Shown one piece after another: positions 12,001 through 24,100 of a DNA stretch of 64,000 bases (position 1 is the stretch's first letter; every line of letters starts with the position of its first letter). The stretch lies in contig CM082576.2 in NCBI GenBank assembly GCA_040954595.2, positions 20,197,028-20,261,027 on the forward strand, read 5' to 3'. The translations under genes and the position numbers were made by a program. The notes under the pieces were generated by a model. It did not search any database and was not told the DNA's origin. It saw nothing but the letters and a program-made list of their open reading frames with translations. The DNA comes from Balanoglossus misakiensis (lineage: Eukaryota > Animalia > Hemichordata).

Positions 12001-13486
12001 GATCCAGGCCGTAGGAGATCTGACTTGATCATCGTGGTCAATGTACGCGTGTTTCCGATCTAAAGTGCCGGGGCTTCAGCTAAACCAGGCCGTAGGAAAT
12101 CCGACGTAATCACCGTTGATAACTTACGCCAGTCTGTGTCATATAGAGCCGGTGCACCAGCCGAGTCACGCCGTAGGAAATCTGACTTGATCAACGTGGT
12201 CAATGTACGCCTGTTTCTGCTCTAGAGTGACGAGGCTTTATCCAAGCCCTGCCGTAGAAAATCTGACTTGATCACCGTTGCTAACGTACGCTAGTGTCTG
12301 TCATATTGTGACGGAGATTTAGCCGAGCCAGGCCGTAGAAAAATCGACTTGTTCAACGTTACCAGTGTGCAACTGTTTCTGCTCTAGAGTGTCAGGGTTT
12401 TAGCCGACTTATGCTGTAGGAAATCTGAGTTGATGAACGGGAATTCAATGTTAGAAAACCCGTGTGGAAAGTATCTCTACCCGTTTAAAACTAAGAAAAG
12501 AATTTATTCTTATTTATTTTGTAAAAAAAGACAATTTTTCGAGAAAAAAAAGTCGAAAATGGTAATTTTGTCTTGGGTGATACAAATTATACCGCCTTTT
12601 CTGGAATTTGCAGCACTTTTTACAAGAGAACGACACTTCATGCTCCATAATATTTCCGAAAATGTAGAAAAGAGTTAATTTTTTATGATTTTTTAAAAAT
12701 TTACCATTTTTGACAAAATATGGCCAAAATGGCTATTTTTTCTTGAATTTCGTCACTATCTCTACATTTTTGGAGTGGTCGAAAGTTTTAACATACAATC
12801 AACATGTCATATATGATCAGGGCACCAAATTCGAAGAACAAAGGTTTTTTTATTTTTTTTTTCTAAAAATGACATTTTCAAGCAAAATTTGATAACATGC
12901 AATTTTGTCTGCAGTGAGACTGTCTTTTGTGGAATTTGTATCGATATTTGCATACGAAGAGCATTCTATACTCCATCAGATTTCCGAAAATGTAGAAAAA
13001 GGTATTTTTTGTAATTTTCAAAAATTTACCATTTTGACCAAATTGTGGCTAAAATTGTTATTTTCGTGTTGAATGCCGCCAGTGTCACTGCTTTTAAAAG
13101 TCATAAACACTTTTAACATACAAGCAATTGTTTATATATGATCAGGTCACCGAATTAATAAAATAAAGAATGTTTTGCCTAAAAATGACCTTTTTGGTGC
13201 AAAAACGAATAAAACGAAATTTTGTATTAAATCAGAGTGCATTTTTTATAATCAGCACCATTTTTACATATAATGGAAATTTCATACATCATCAGATATC
13301 CAAATATGAAAAAATGATTTAGATGATTGTCCAAAATTAGCTGATATCTAATAAATGTAGTATTGAACCGTTCTGTTTCCCCCCCCCCCCCTCATACATT
13401 ATATGCGGTACGCCGATGTCAGCTTACCCGGCAGTACTGCAGGCCGTGCCCCCAACTAACGTCGGTGTTTGAAACGCCCTGGTTAA

Positions 13487-14283
13487 GATGGGTCCCTGGG
13501 ATCTTTTTGCCCGTTGCTATGGGCCTTTATAGGACACTACACTCAATTTTGATCGAAACCGTTATGAACGTCCGACAAGGGGCTTGTATCTAGTTAAAAA
13601 TACACACGATTGTGTGCACACCCCCTGTCCAAGTATGTTTACGGCAGCTACCGCCCGGCCATAGGCCGCCACGCTAATACGGCAAAGCAGCGGTCAGCGA
13701 TAGCGTGCGCGTCCTGTAACCACAGTAACTGGATCGAACGTTTAAAATCCAATGTTTTGTACACAGAGATTTTGTACCGTTCACGAAAATCCCTAAGGCT
13801 TTTTTCATAGGCCACGTACGCCATTCAAATTTGACCTGCTTGTTGAGAACGCACTTCCGCACAGTGTGACGGATCGTTTTTTTTTGGTTTTCGTCGTGCT
13901 AAGAAGCGATACCGGTGGAAGAGTGCGTCCAAAAACACCCAAAATCGATGACTTTTTCAGGTGTGGTACGGGTATGCTGAAATCGTAGGATACAACGATA
14001 ATATTCGAAAACAAAATCCGTCACGATCTTCCCTGGTTCAAGCAACTAATGAATACGTCTCAAGTTCGTTTTTGAGGTCACGGAATAAAAAGCCTTAGGC
14101 TTTTGAAATTTGACCTAGCTAATTTGCATATCAATGGCGTCAGGGGGCGCGCGCTCACAATCGTGCAGATTTTCAACTAGTTACCAGCCCCTTGTTAGAC
14201 TCTGAAAACGGCTTAGTCCAAATCGGGGTGTAATGTCCTGCAAAGGCCCATAGCAACGAGCAAAAAGATCCCAGGGACCCATC
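13487..14283. mobile_element. Non-autonomous TIR DNA transposon (MITE), 797 bp, TTAA target duplication; Kolobok-like termini
   Basis: TTAA at 13483-13486 and 14284-14287; the empty site ccctggTTAAattcggg is seen in other units. TIR GATGGGTCCCTGGGATCTTTTTGC(C/T)CGTTGCTATGGGCCTTT is 42 bp with 1 mismatch and continues degenerately to ~140 bp. GA...TC ends fit Kolobok (RR..YY) better than piggyBac (CC..GG). Confidence 0.9.
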
Positions 14284-15913
14284 TTAAATTCGGGCTTTCT
14301 CTATAAATTGACAGGCAATAATGCAGTCCTACCCGAACAAATGTCGAGTGTTGACCCGCTGTGACTTTCCCTCTTCGGTTTGCCCGACTTAGCCAACGTC
14401 TTTGTACTAGGGTGTCGGGTCTTTTGCAGAGCCAGGCCGAAGGAAATCCGACTTGATCACCGTTGCTAACGAACGCTAGTGTCTGTCATGGTGTGCCGGG
14501 GTTTTAGTCGAGCCAGGCCGTAGGAGATCTGACTTGATCATCGTGGTCAATGTACGCGTGTTTCCGCTCTAAAGTGCCGGGGCTTCAGCTAAACCAGGCC
14601 GTAGGAAATCTGACTTGATCAACGTTGCTAACGAACGCTAGTGTCTGTCATAGTGTGCCGGGATTTTAGTCGAGCCAAGCCGTAGGAGATCAGACTTGAT
14701 CAACGTGGTCTCTGTACGCGTGTTTCTGCTCTAGACTGCCAGGGCTTTAGCCAAGCCATGCCGTAGAAAATCTGACTTGATCACCGTTGCTAACGTACGC
14801 TAGTGTCTGTCATATTGTGACGGAGATTTAGCCGAGCCAGGCCGTAGAAAAATCGACTTGTTCAACGTTACCAGTGTGCAACTGTTTCTGCTCTAGAGTG
14901 TCAGGGTTTTAGCCCACTTATGCTGTAGGAAATCTGAGTTGATGAACGCGAATTCAATGTTAGAAAACCCGTGTGGAAAGTATCTCTACCCGTTTGAAAC
15001 TAAGAAAAGAATTTATTCTTATTTATTTTGTAAAAAAGACAATTTTTCGAAAAAAAGTCGAAAATGGTAATTTTGTCTTGGGTGATTCAAATTATACCGC
15101 CTTTTCTGGAATTTGCAGCACTTTTTACAAGAGAACGACACTTCATGCTCCATAATATTTCCGAAAATGAAGAAAAGAGTTTATTTTTTATGATTTTTTA
15201 CAAATGTACCATTTTGTCAAAATATGGCCAAAATGGCTATTTTTTCTTGAATTCCGTCAATATCTCTGCATTTTTGGACTGGTCGAAAGTTTTAACATAC
15301 AATCAACATGTCATATATGATCAGGACACCAAATTCGAAGAACAAAGGTTTTTTTATTTTTTTTTCTAAAAATGACATTTTCAAGGAAAATTTGGTAAAA
15401 CGCAATTTTGTCTGCAGTGAGCCAAATTAGACGGTCTTTTGTGGAATTTGTATCGATATATACATACGAAGAGCATTCTATACTCCATCAGATTTCCGAA
15501 AATGTAGAAAACAGGTATTTTTTGTAATTTTCAAAAATTTACCATTTTGACCAAAGTGTGGCTAAAATTGTTATTTTCGTGTTGAATGCCGCCAGTGTCA
15601 CTGCTTTTAAAAGTCATAAAAACTTTTAACATACAAGCAATTGTTTATATATGATCAGGTCACCGAATTAAAAAAATAAAGAATGTTTTGCCTAAAAATG
15701 ACCTTTTTGGTGCAAAAACGAATAAAACGCAATTTTGTATTAAATCAGAGTGCATTTTTTATAATCAGCACCATTTTTACATATAATGGAAATTTCATAC
15801 ATCATCAGATATCCAAATATGAAAAAATGATTTAGATTTTAGATGATTGTCGAAAATTAGCTGATATATAATACATGTAGTATTGAACCACTCTGTTTCC
15901 CCCCCCCCCTACA

Positions 15914-18900
15914 CACATGCGATTCCCCGTGTTAGACTAATGGGATTTGGTTTGAGGAAAGAAATAACAAACAACAAACAGAACGAGAATTACAATAGAG
16001 CGAGAATTTGTGGTAATTTACGAGACTTCGTTCGGCATGCCTCAGAATCGGTACAATTTCCTTGGATTGGTGAAGAATCGCTTGAACTTGCGGGAAAAAT
16101 GAACGTATCCACAGGATTCACTAACCATCTATCCTTCCCAGGAGGCAGTGGCATGAAAAACTGTGCGACCGTTTGTGAGTAGCGAGCGATTAATGGTCGC
16201 AATGCGTGGCCGCGCAGTTCTAATATGGCGGCGATCATATTTTGGTGAGATTCGAACTGTAATGTATTTTTCGATGCAGATTTTGAAATAATAATCGCAT
16301 TGCAACTGCAACAGACAAGTTTTTTCATGATTGTTGTCTATTTATTAATCGTTTTATGTGAGTTTTGTGTCGTCGGATTTTGTATTATTCTGGCGTATTT
16401 TCTCGAAGTACGCGGAAGTGAGAAGCCCTACTCTATGTGTGGTATGCGTGTGACGAATACATGTGTTGTGTTCTATTATGTCCCTGTCGCTATGGACACG
16501 GCGTCTACCGGTGTAAACAGAAAAAAGTGCGCCACTTTTGAAGTTTGACGTCTGTGCGGTCGGCTCGCGTCACCATGTACAGAAATATAGAGTTTCATCG
16601 AAATTTAGTTTCAAAACGATGCCGAATTTGTGCAGAGAAGCTATCGAACAACACCAGGTATGAGAAAACACCAGAAATTGTCGAGGGCTTTGGTGTCAAC
16701 CTCGATGATGATTGTGAAACCATTCACCCTAATTTCATATGTAAGGATTGTAAGCGAGTGTCTGAACAACACAAGAAGGCAAAGATTGTTGGTAGATCAT
16801 ATGCCACCAAGATAAAAGTATTTGACTGGACAAAACACACCAGGATTCTGGATAGGAGGGTGTACTGTGTGTTCTGTGTTGTGTAAGGGTGGCAGGAAAA
16901 GGCAATTGAAAGGACGGTCAAAATATGTAAACGTGCCAAAGGGCTTACAGGATGGAGAAACCAGCAAGACCGTTGAATTAGAAGACGAAAGGAAGCGACA
17001 AGACACATAGGCGTTGTGTAACAGTGCACGCTTAAGAGCAAGCAAACGGTTTCGCCATGAACTGGAACTGAGCCATGAGAGGTTCAAGAGCCCTGTATCA
17101 AAAGACTTTGAATGTCCGATTTGTAAAAGTGTCACAGATAGCTGTTTACAGGTTTTATGTGAGGGGCCCCATACTTTCTGTTGTGAATGTCTATGTGAGT
17201 GGCGTGTACAGTCTCCGTCTCATACATGTCCAGTTTGTCGTGTTCCTATATCTGTGTCATCAATTGTTAGTGTTCCAATTGTAGTTACAAATGTCTTGTC
17301 ATCCCTTGTTGTATCTTGTGACAATGTCATGTATGGGTGCACCTCTCATATGCCCCTGGAAGAGTTATCTGTACATATGCAGCAATGCAAATTTTCATTG
17401 CCATTATATCGCGACCACGACTATTGTAAAATAGTCAAAGATCATGAAGCAACAGAGCAAACTTCGCCACTACAGTCAACTACCACAGCTACTTCTACAA
17501 TTCTGGATAGAATGCATCAGTTCAGAGAATACAGAGAGTTTGAAGTCCTGGCTACCAGAATTCTGAAAGAAAAGATGAGCATGGCAGAGGACAACACCGT
17601 TAGATTTAAGACAGGGGGACAAGTGAGTATGAGATCCGTTTAAAAAGCTGTTTCAAGATTTACCTTTGAAATCATGTCACTGTGTGTATGTCAAAATTAT
17701 ATTGCTAGTCAAACCCAATCATTGATACATAAAGGATAGCAAAACTATATCATGTTTAAAAACACTGTAAAGAAGGAAATTCTATCATTTACTTTGCAGC
17801 CTTTAATCATGGCAAAAATAACCAAACCGCGTATAACAAGCCAGGACTGTAGTAAATATACATTAATAGAGAGGTCGAAGAGTTTGAAAGAAGTAAGAGA
17901 GACAGTCAGTGGTGGAGGCGATTCCTCCACTATACAAGCTGGTGCTGACTTCAAAAGTATGGGCAAAGAAAATAAGGAATCAATTCTGGAATCACTCGGC
18001 ATAGCAGCTAACGCACCACCTGGTGCTGGGTTACTTTTGAAAACCGACCTTGATATCACTTGGTCAACATTGAGGAAATTACGAAGGTAGGCGAAATTGG
18101 TACTGTGAAGGTACATGTTATTGCATGAAGTCCATACTCATAATGCATAATGTACAATAGTTTAGTCAGCAAAACACATGTTTCATGAAAATCAATAGAC
18201 CTTAAAATATTTCACAAGTGCCCATTTTTGAACGACTCATTGAAAGCATTTTACCTACAATATAAAGTTGCTTTCAGAAAATGTGTCTCATAAATTTGTT
18301 GATTTCTTTTTATTTGACTAGTACATCAAAGCTTGTTTCACACAAGGGTATCCCTGCAAATGAGATCTGGATTAAAGTTGGTGGTGATCACGGAGGTGGC
18401 TCAATGAAATAAACCTTCCAGATCCTCAACGTTGAACAACCTAACAGTGTTGAAAACACAGTTGTTTGGAATTTGTTCCTAGCTGGTGACAGCTACAGAA
18501 ACCTCCGCAGAGCAATGACTGTGAATTCAGGCCAAATAGATCTGCTCGATGAACACAAATGGAAGTAAGTACCTTTCTGTTTTTATTTACATCTTGTTTC
18601 ACTTGCTAAGGGTAATGACTGTATTTTGTCATGAATGAATATTATCTTTGTATTTAATTCTTTTTATGTGCACTGTTTAGGGAATGGTTACTCCGCGTAC
18701 ACATTACTGGTGACTATGAGTACCTTTGTAAGAGCTACGGGTTGTCTGGAGCAAGTGGCAGGTGCTCAATTTACGTCTTGTCAAATAATGCATTTTGCAG
18801 TTGGATACTCTAACTTTCAAAATTTCATCTTTCGAAAAACAACAAATCAATTGTGTTTGACAGGAAAGTACTTCTGTCTGTGGTGCCTGATTACCAAGGA

Positions 18901-21172
18901 AACATCACTTTTGGACCCTGAGCGCAGACCACCCATTCCAGCGAGGACGCTCACCCGGATTCATCAAGACTATGCCCGGTTTACAGAGAAAGGATCAAAC
19001 CTGAAAGATGCGAAAGAATTTAACAACTGTATACGTAAACCATTGTTCAATATCCCACTTAAAAGGGTTAGTGAAATTGACATTCATCAACAATATTAAT
19101 ATTTCTTTTTTCTCAACCAGATCTTTTAGATTATTATATTAGTATTTAAAGCTTCATTTAGCAACTTTTGTCAGTATTTTTATTTTGTTAAAAAGTGTGT
19201 ACCTTGAGTCCCCCACCCCCATATGAAACGTTTATTATTAATTTGCTCAGTTAACCTCATATATGTGAGTGCGAGCATGGTTGTTTATGCTAAAAAGTGA
19301 TTTCATGTCAAGAAGATACTGACAAAAGTAGCCTAAAGTTACAGATATTGTCCCTCTAATGATCTTCTTCATATACACTTAGGTTGCTCTGCCAGTGTTA
19401 CACATTTCTCTTGGAATTTTTCACCGATGGTTTAAGATGCTGCAAGAGGCATGCAGATTGCATGATGTTGAAATCTTCCTGCGTTTAGCAAGAGAGGATG
19501 ATATTGATGAGCCCGTTCTGCCCTGTGAGTTGTTTGACGAGTATGTCAACATCATCAACAAAATCATGAAAGAAGAATCCTTACTGGCTGAGCTACAGGA
19601 TAGGGCAGAAAGTGTTAGAGGTGCCATTGACAAAGCAATGTTACTGGAAGAAAGTGGGGACGACGATGATGATGATGATGACGACAATGACGACAGTCAA
19701 CCCTCACTTGTCCAGGCCATGCAAATGGAAAAGGAGTGTTCACAATTACATGATCAGGCAAAGGAAAAGGTTAATATCTTAATGTTGTTCGACTTTCAAT
19801 TGTTTTTCATCTAATTTTACTTTTATTCACTTTACAGGAAAAGTAACAAATGGATTATCATACTTTCTTAGCTTCAGATAATTGAAGACTTGAAAGGAAA
19901 ACTCCCGCAACATGCAGGTTATACTCAGAGGGCTCTTGATAGAGCCCTTGCAAAAATTAATGTACACTTGCAGGATTACCATAGCCAGGCCTTTGTTGGC
20001 AATCATGTCAACAAATGTTGCAAGGTTTGTCATACCATGTAGGATAAATATTGTTCTGAGTTTGCATGACCACTGACACTTTGTCAATTTGTTTCAAGTT
20101 CTCTTTCAGAATGTGTTTTCTTTTTTTAAATACAAACATTTTCCTTTTCAGTTTTTGTGCATGTCCACCAATCATAAGCATGCATTAATGTGAATCAACA
20201 TTAGTTGTAATCAGGTTTTACTTTTGTGAAATGTACTATGCAGATAGTAAACATGTAGTTAGTTCATAATTTTCATTTTACATTTATTTACATAAATAAT
20301 TGATTTTATATCTTTGTGAAAGAAAATGTTAAAAGACTGCATAAATGTTCATAGTTTTCAATTGTTACAAATTTTAGGTTTAATTTTTTCTATGTTCTGA
20401 ACATGCCTTCGTGTACATGTCAGTGGAGTAACCATCTATTTTACTTTTCAGCCAAAGCATGTTACTATCCTTTGTGACAGTGTAGTAACTACAACTGAGA
20501 AATGTTGTCCTGATCTTTTCAGCAACGCTCGGCAAATTATGTCAAAGCATCAACAACTGTTTACACACTTTGCTACCTGCCATAACATATATTCTGTGAA
20601 TAGAGAACTCTGCGCAGAGGAAATTGATACATTGGGTGTGTTGAGTATACAATGTCTCATGAAAGATTTTATTTACCTTTTCATGTAATAGAGTTTCTAG
20701 TTGTACAGTATTTATTTCTCAGGTGCTGTTTGCATGCCAACATGAAGAAGATTGTATTTTGGAGATTTGATTTCCCTACTAATATTTTCTCTGTTTCTGC
20801 ATTTGTTTAGTTTAATGATTTCCATCTCAAAGTTTGGATAACATACTGTTGTATTCTACAATTTGGGATATCAATCCATGCACAGGATATAAGCTTGTTA
20901 TTTATTCAGATAAGTATTCCTGCATGCTTTTATTTCAGTATTTTTATTGTACTGTATTTTTCAGTAGTTTTTTTAATGTCACAAATAACTTCAAATATAT
21001 TACAGCTTCATTGTTTGTAAACACTTCATGTTATTGTTCTACAAATCAACTACAGTTCCTTGTGCACTTCCTACTAGCATCATTAAATATATAATACAAG
21101 TAAGCATCCCAATGCAATCTTATAGCAGTGCATGATTTTTGTTCTATATATATATAGCATATATATAGATTC
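15914..21172 (+). mobile_element. Chapaev-type / RAG1-related DNA transposon, 3'-truncated
   Basis: Satellite stops at ...ccctaca, then non-satellite sequence starts with CAC (CACATGCGATTCCCC; 15912 is an alternative start). It encodes a spliced RAG1-related transposase. Satellite resumes at 21173 without a right TIR or TSD. Confidence 0.82.
16575..20635 (+). pseudogene. Multi-exon RAG1-like (Chapaev-type) transposase pseudogene: RAG1-N zinc domain, RING, zinc finger, partial DDE core
   Basis: Inferred exons: 16575-17622, 17800-18086, 18322-18564, 18681-18757, 18864-19066, 19383-19769, ~19872-20024, 20452-20635, with phase-compatible splice sites. Motifs: HRNLVSKRCRIC...IHPNFICKDC...WTKH...CTVC; CPIC...C..PHTFCCEC...CPVC; KTGGQ|PL; IWIKVGGDHGGG; GDYEYLCKSYGLSGASG|KYFCLWC; PVLHISLG; AFVGNH. 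Lesions: frameshift near 16845, TAG at 17008-17010, TAA at 18410-18412, C-terminus missing. Confidence 0.85.
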
Positions 21173-24100
21173 AACTTACGCCAGTCTGTCTCATATAGAG
21201 CCGGTGCACCAGCCGAGTCACGCCGTAGGAAATCTGACTTGACCAACGTGGTCAATGTACGCCTGTTTCTGCTCTAGAGTGCCGGGGCTTAGGAAACCGT
21301 AGGAAACCCGACGTGATTACCGTTGTTAACTTACGCCAGTCTGTGTCCTATATATAGTGCCGGGGCATCAGCCGTGCCAGGCCGAAGGAAATGTGAGTAG
21401 ATCAACGTGGTCTCTGTAGGCGTGTTTCCGCTCTAAAGTGCCGGGGCTTCAGCTAAACCAGGCCGTAGGAAATCTGACTTGATCACCGTTGCTAACGTAC
21501 GCTAGTGTCTGTCATATTGTGACGGAGATATAGCCGAGCCAGGCCGTAGAAAAATCGACTTGTTCAACGTTACCAGTGTGCAACTGTTTCTGCTCTAGAG
21601 TGTCAGGGTTTTAGCCGACTTATGCTGTAGGAAATCTGAGTTGATGAACGGGAATTCAATGTTAGAAAACCCGTGTGGAAAGTATCTCTACCCGTTTGAA
21701 ACTAAGAAAAGAATTTATTCTTATTTATTTTGTAAAAAAGACAATTTTTCGAAAAAAAATCGATAATGGTAATTTTGTCTTGGGTGATTCAAATTATACC
21801 GCCTTTTCTGGAATTTGCAGCACTTTTTACAGGAGAAGGACACTTCATGCTCCATAATATTTCCGAAAATGAAGAAAAGAGTTAATTTTTTATGATTTTT
21901 TAAAAAATTACCATTTTTGTCAAAATATGGCCAAATGGCTATTTTTCTTGAATTCCGTCAATATCTCTGCATTTTTGGAGTGGTCGAGAGTTTTAACATA
22001 CAATCAACATGTCATATATGATCAGGGCACCAAATTCGAAGAACAAAGGTTTTTTTTATTTTTTTTTCTAAAAATGACATTTTCAAGGAAAATTTGCTAA
22101 AACGCAATTTTGTCTGCAGTGAGCCAAATTGGCCGTTTTTTTGTGGAATTTGTATCGATATATACATACGAAGAGCATTCTATACTCCATCAGATTTCCG
22201 AAAATGTAGAAAACAGGTATTTTTTGTAATTTTCAAAAATTTACCATTTTGACCAAATTATGGCTAAAATTGTTATTTTCGTGTTGAATGCCGCCAGTGT
22301 CACTGCTTTTAAAAGTCATAAAAACTTTTAACATACAAGCAATTGTTTATATATGATCAGGTCACCGAATTAATAAAATAAAGAATGTTTTGCCTAAAAA
22401 TGACCTTTTGGGTGCAAAAACGAATAAAACGCAATTTTGTATTAAATCAGCTCATTCAGAGTGCATTTTTTATAATCAGCACCATGTTTACATATAATGG
22501 AAATTTCATACATCATCAGATATCCAAATATGAAAAAATGATTTAGATTTTAGATGATTGTCCAAAATTAGCTGATATCTAATAAATGTAGTATTGAACC
22601 GTTCTGTTCCCCCCCCCCCCCCCTACATTATATGCGGTACGCCGATGTGAGCTTACCCGGCAGTACTGCAGGCCGTGCCCCCAACTAACGTCGGTGTTTG
22701 AAGCGCCCTGGTTAAATTCGGGCTTTCTCTATAAATTGACAGACAATAATGCAGTCCTACCCGAACAAATGTCGAGTGTTGACCCGCTGTGACTTTCCCT
22801 CTTCGGTTTGCCCGACTTGCCAACGTCTTTGTACTAGAGTGTCGGGTCTTTTGCAGAGCCAGGCCGAAGGAAATCCGACTTGATCACCGTTGCTAACGAA
22901 CGCTAGTGTCTGTCATGGTGTGCCGGGGTTTTAGTCGAGCCAGACCGTAGGAGATCTGACTTGATCATCGTGGTCAATGTACGCGTGTTTCCGCTCTAAA
23001 GTGCCGGGGCTTCAGCTAAACCAGGCCGTAGGAAATCCGACGTAATCACCGTTGATAACTTACGCCAGTCTGTGTCATATAGAGCCGGTGCACCAGCCGA
23101 GTCACGCCGTAGGAAATCTGACTTGATCAACGTGGTCAATGTACGCCTGTTTCTGCTCTAGAGTGCAGGGGCTTCAGCTGAGCCAGGCCGTAGGAAACCC
23201 GACGTGATTACCGTTGTTAACTTACGCCAGTCTGTGTCCTATATATAGCGCCGGGGCATCAGCCGTGCCAGGCCGAAGGAAATGTGAGTAGATCAACGTG
23301 GTTTCTGTACGCGTGTTTCTGCTCTAGAGTGCCAGGGCTTTAGCGAAGCCATGCCGTAGGAAATCTGAATTAATCAACGTTGCTAACGAACGCTAGTGTC
23401 TGTCATAGTGTGCCGGGGTTTCAGTCGAGCCAAGCCGTAGGAGATCGGACTTGATCAACGTGGTCTCTGTACGCGTGTTTCTGCTCTAGAGTGCCGGGGC
23501 TTTATTCAAGCCATGCCGTAGAAAATCTGACTTGATCACCGTTGCTAACGTACGCTAGTGTCTGTCATATTGTGACGGACATTTAGCGGAGCCAGGCCGT
23601 AGAAACATCGACTTGTTCAACGTTACAAGTATGCAACTGTTTCTGCTCTAGAGTGTCAGGGTTTTAGCCGACTTATGCTGTAGGAAATCTGAGTTGATGA
23701 ACGGGAATTCAATGTTAGAAAACCCGTGTGGAAAGTATCTCTACCCATTTGAAACTAAGAAAAGAATTTATTCTTATTTATTTTGTAAAAAAGACAATTT
23801 TCGAAAAAAAGAGTCGAAAAAGGTAATTTTGTCTTGGGTGATTTAAATTATACCGCCTTTTCTGGAATTTGCAGCACTTTTTACAAGAGAACGACACTTC
23901 ATGCTCCATAATATTTCCGAAAAAATAAGAAAAGAGTTAATTTTTTATGATTTTTTTAAAATTTACCATTTTTGTCAAAATATGGCCAAAATGGCTATTT
24001 TTTCTTGAATTCCGTCAATATCTCTGCATTTTTGGAGTGGTCGAAAGTCTTAACATACAATCAACATGTCATATATGATCAGGGCACCAAATTCGAAGAA

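Noticed and set aside
15914-15980. A true RSS (heptamer, 12/23 spacer, nonamer) at the transposon end
   Set aside because: CACATGC matches the heptamer only partly, and the nearest nonamer-like ACAAACAAC is about 46 bp away.
15914-21172. A bona fide RAG1 gene or ProtoRAG with RAG2
   Set aside because: The D-D spacing (69 aa) and the GGDHGGG motif differ from RAG1, and no kelch or PHD RAG2-like sequence is visible in what remains.
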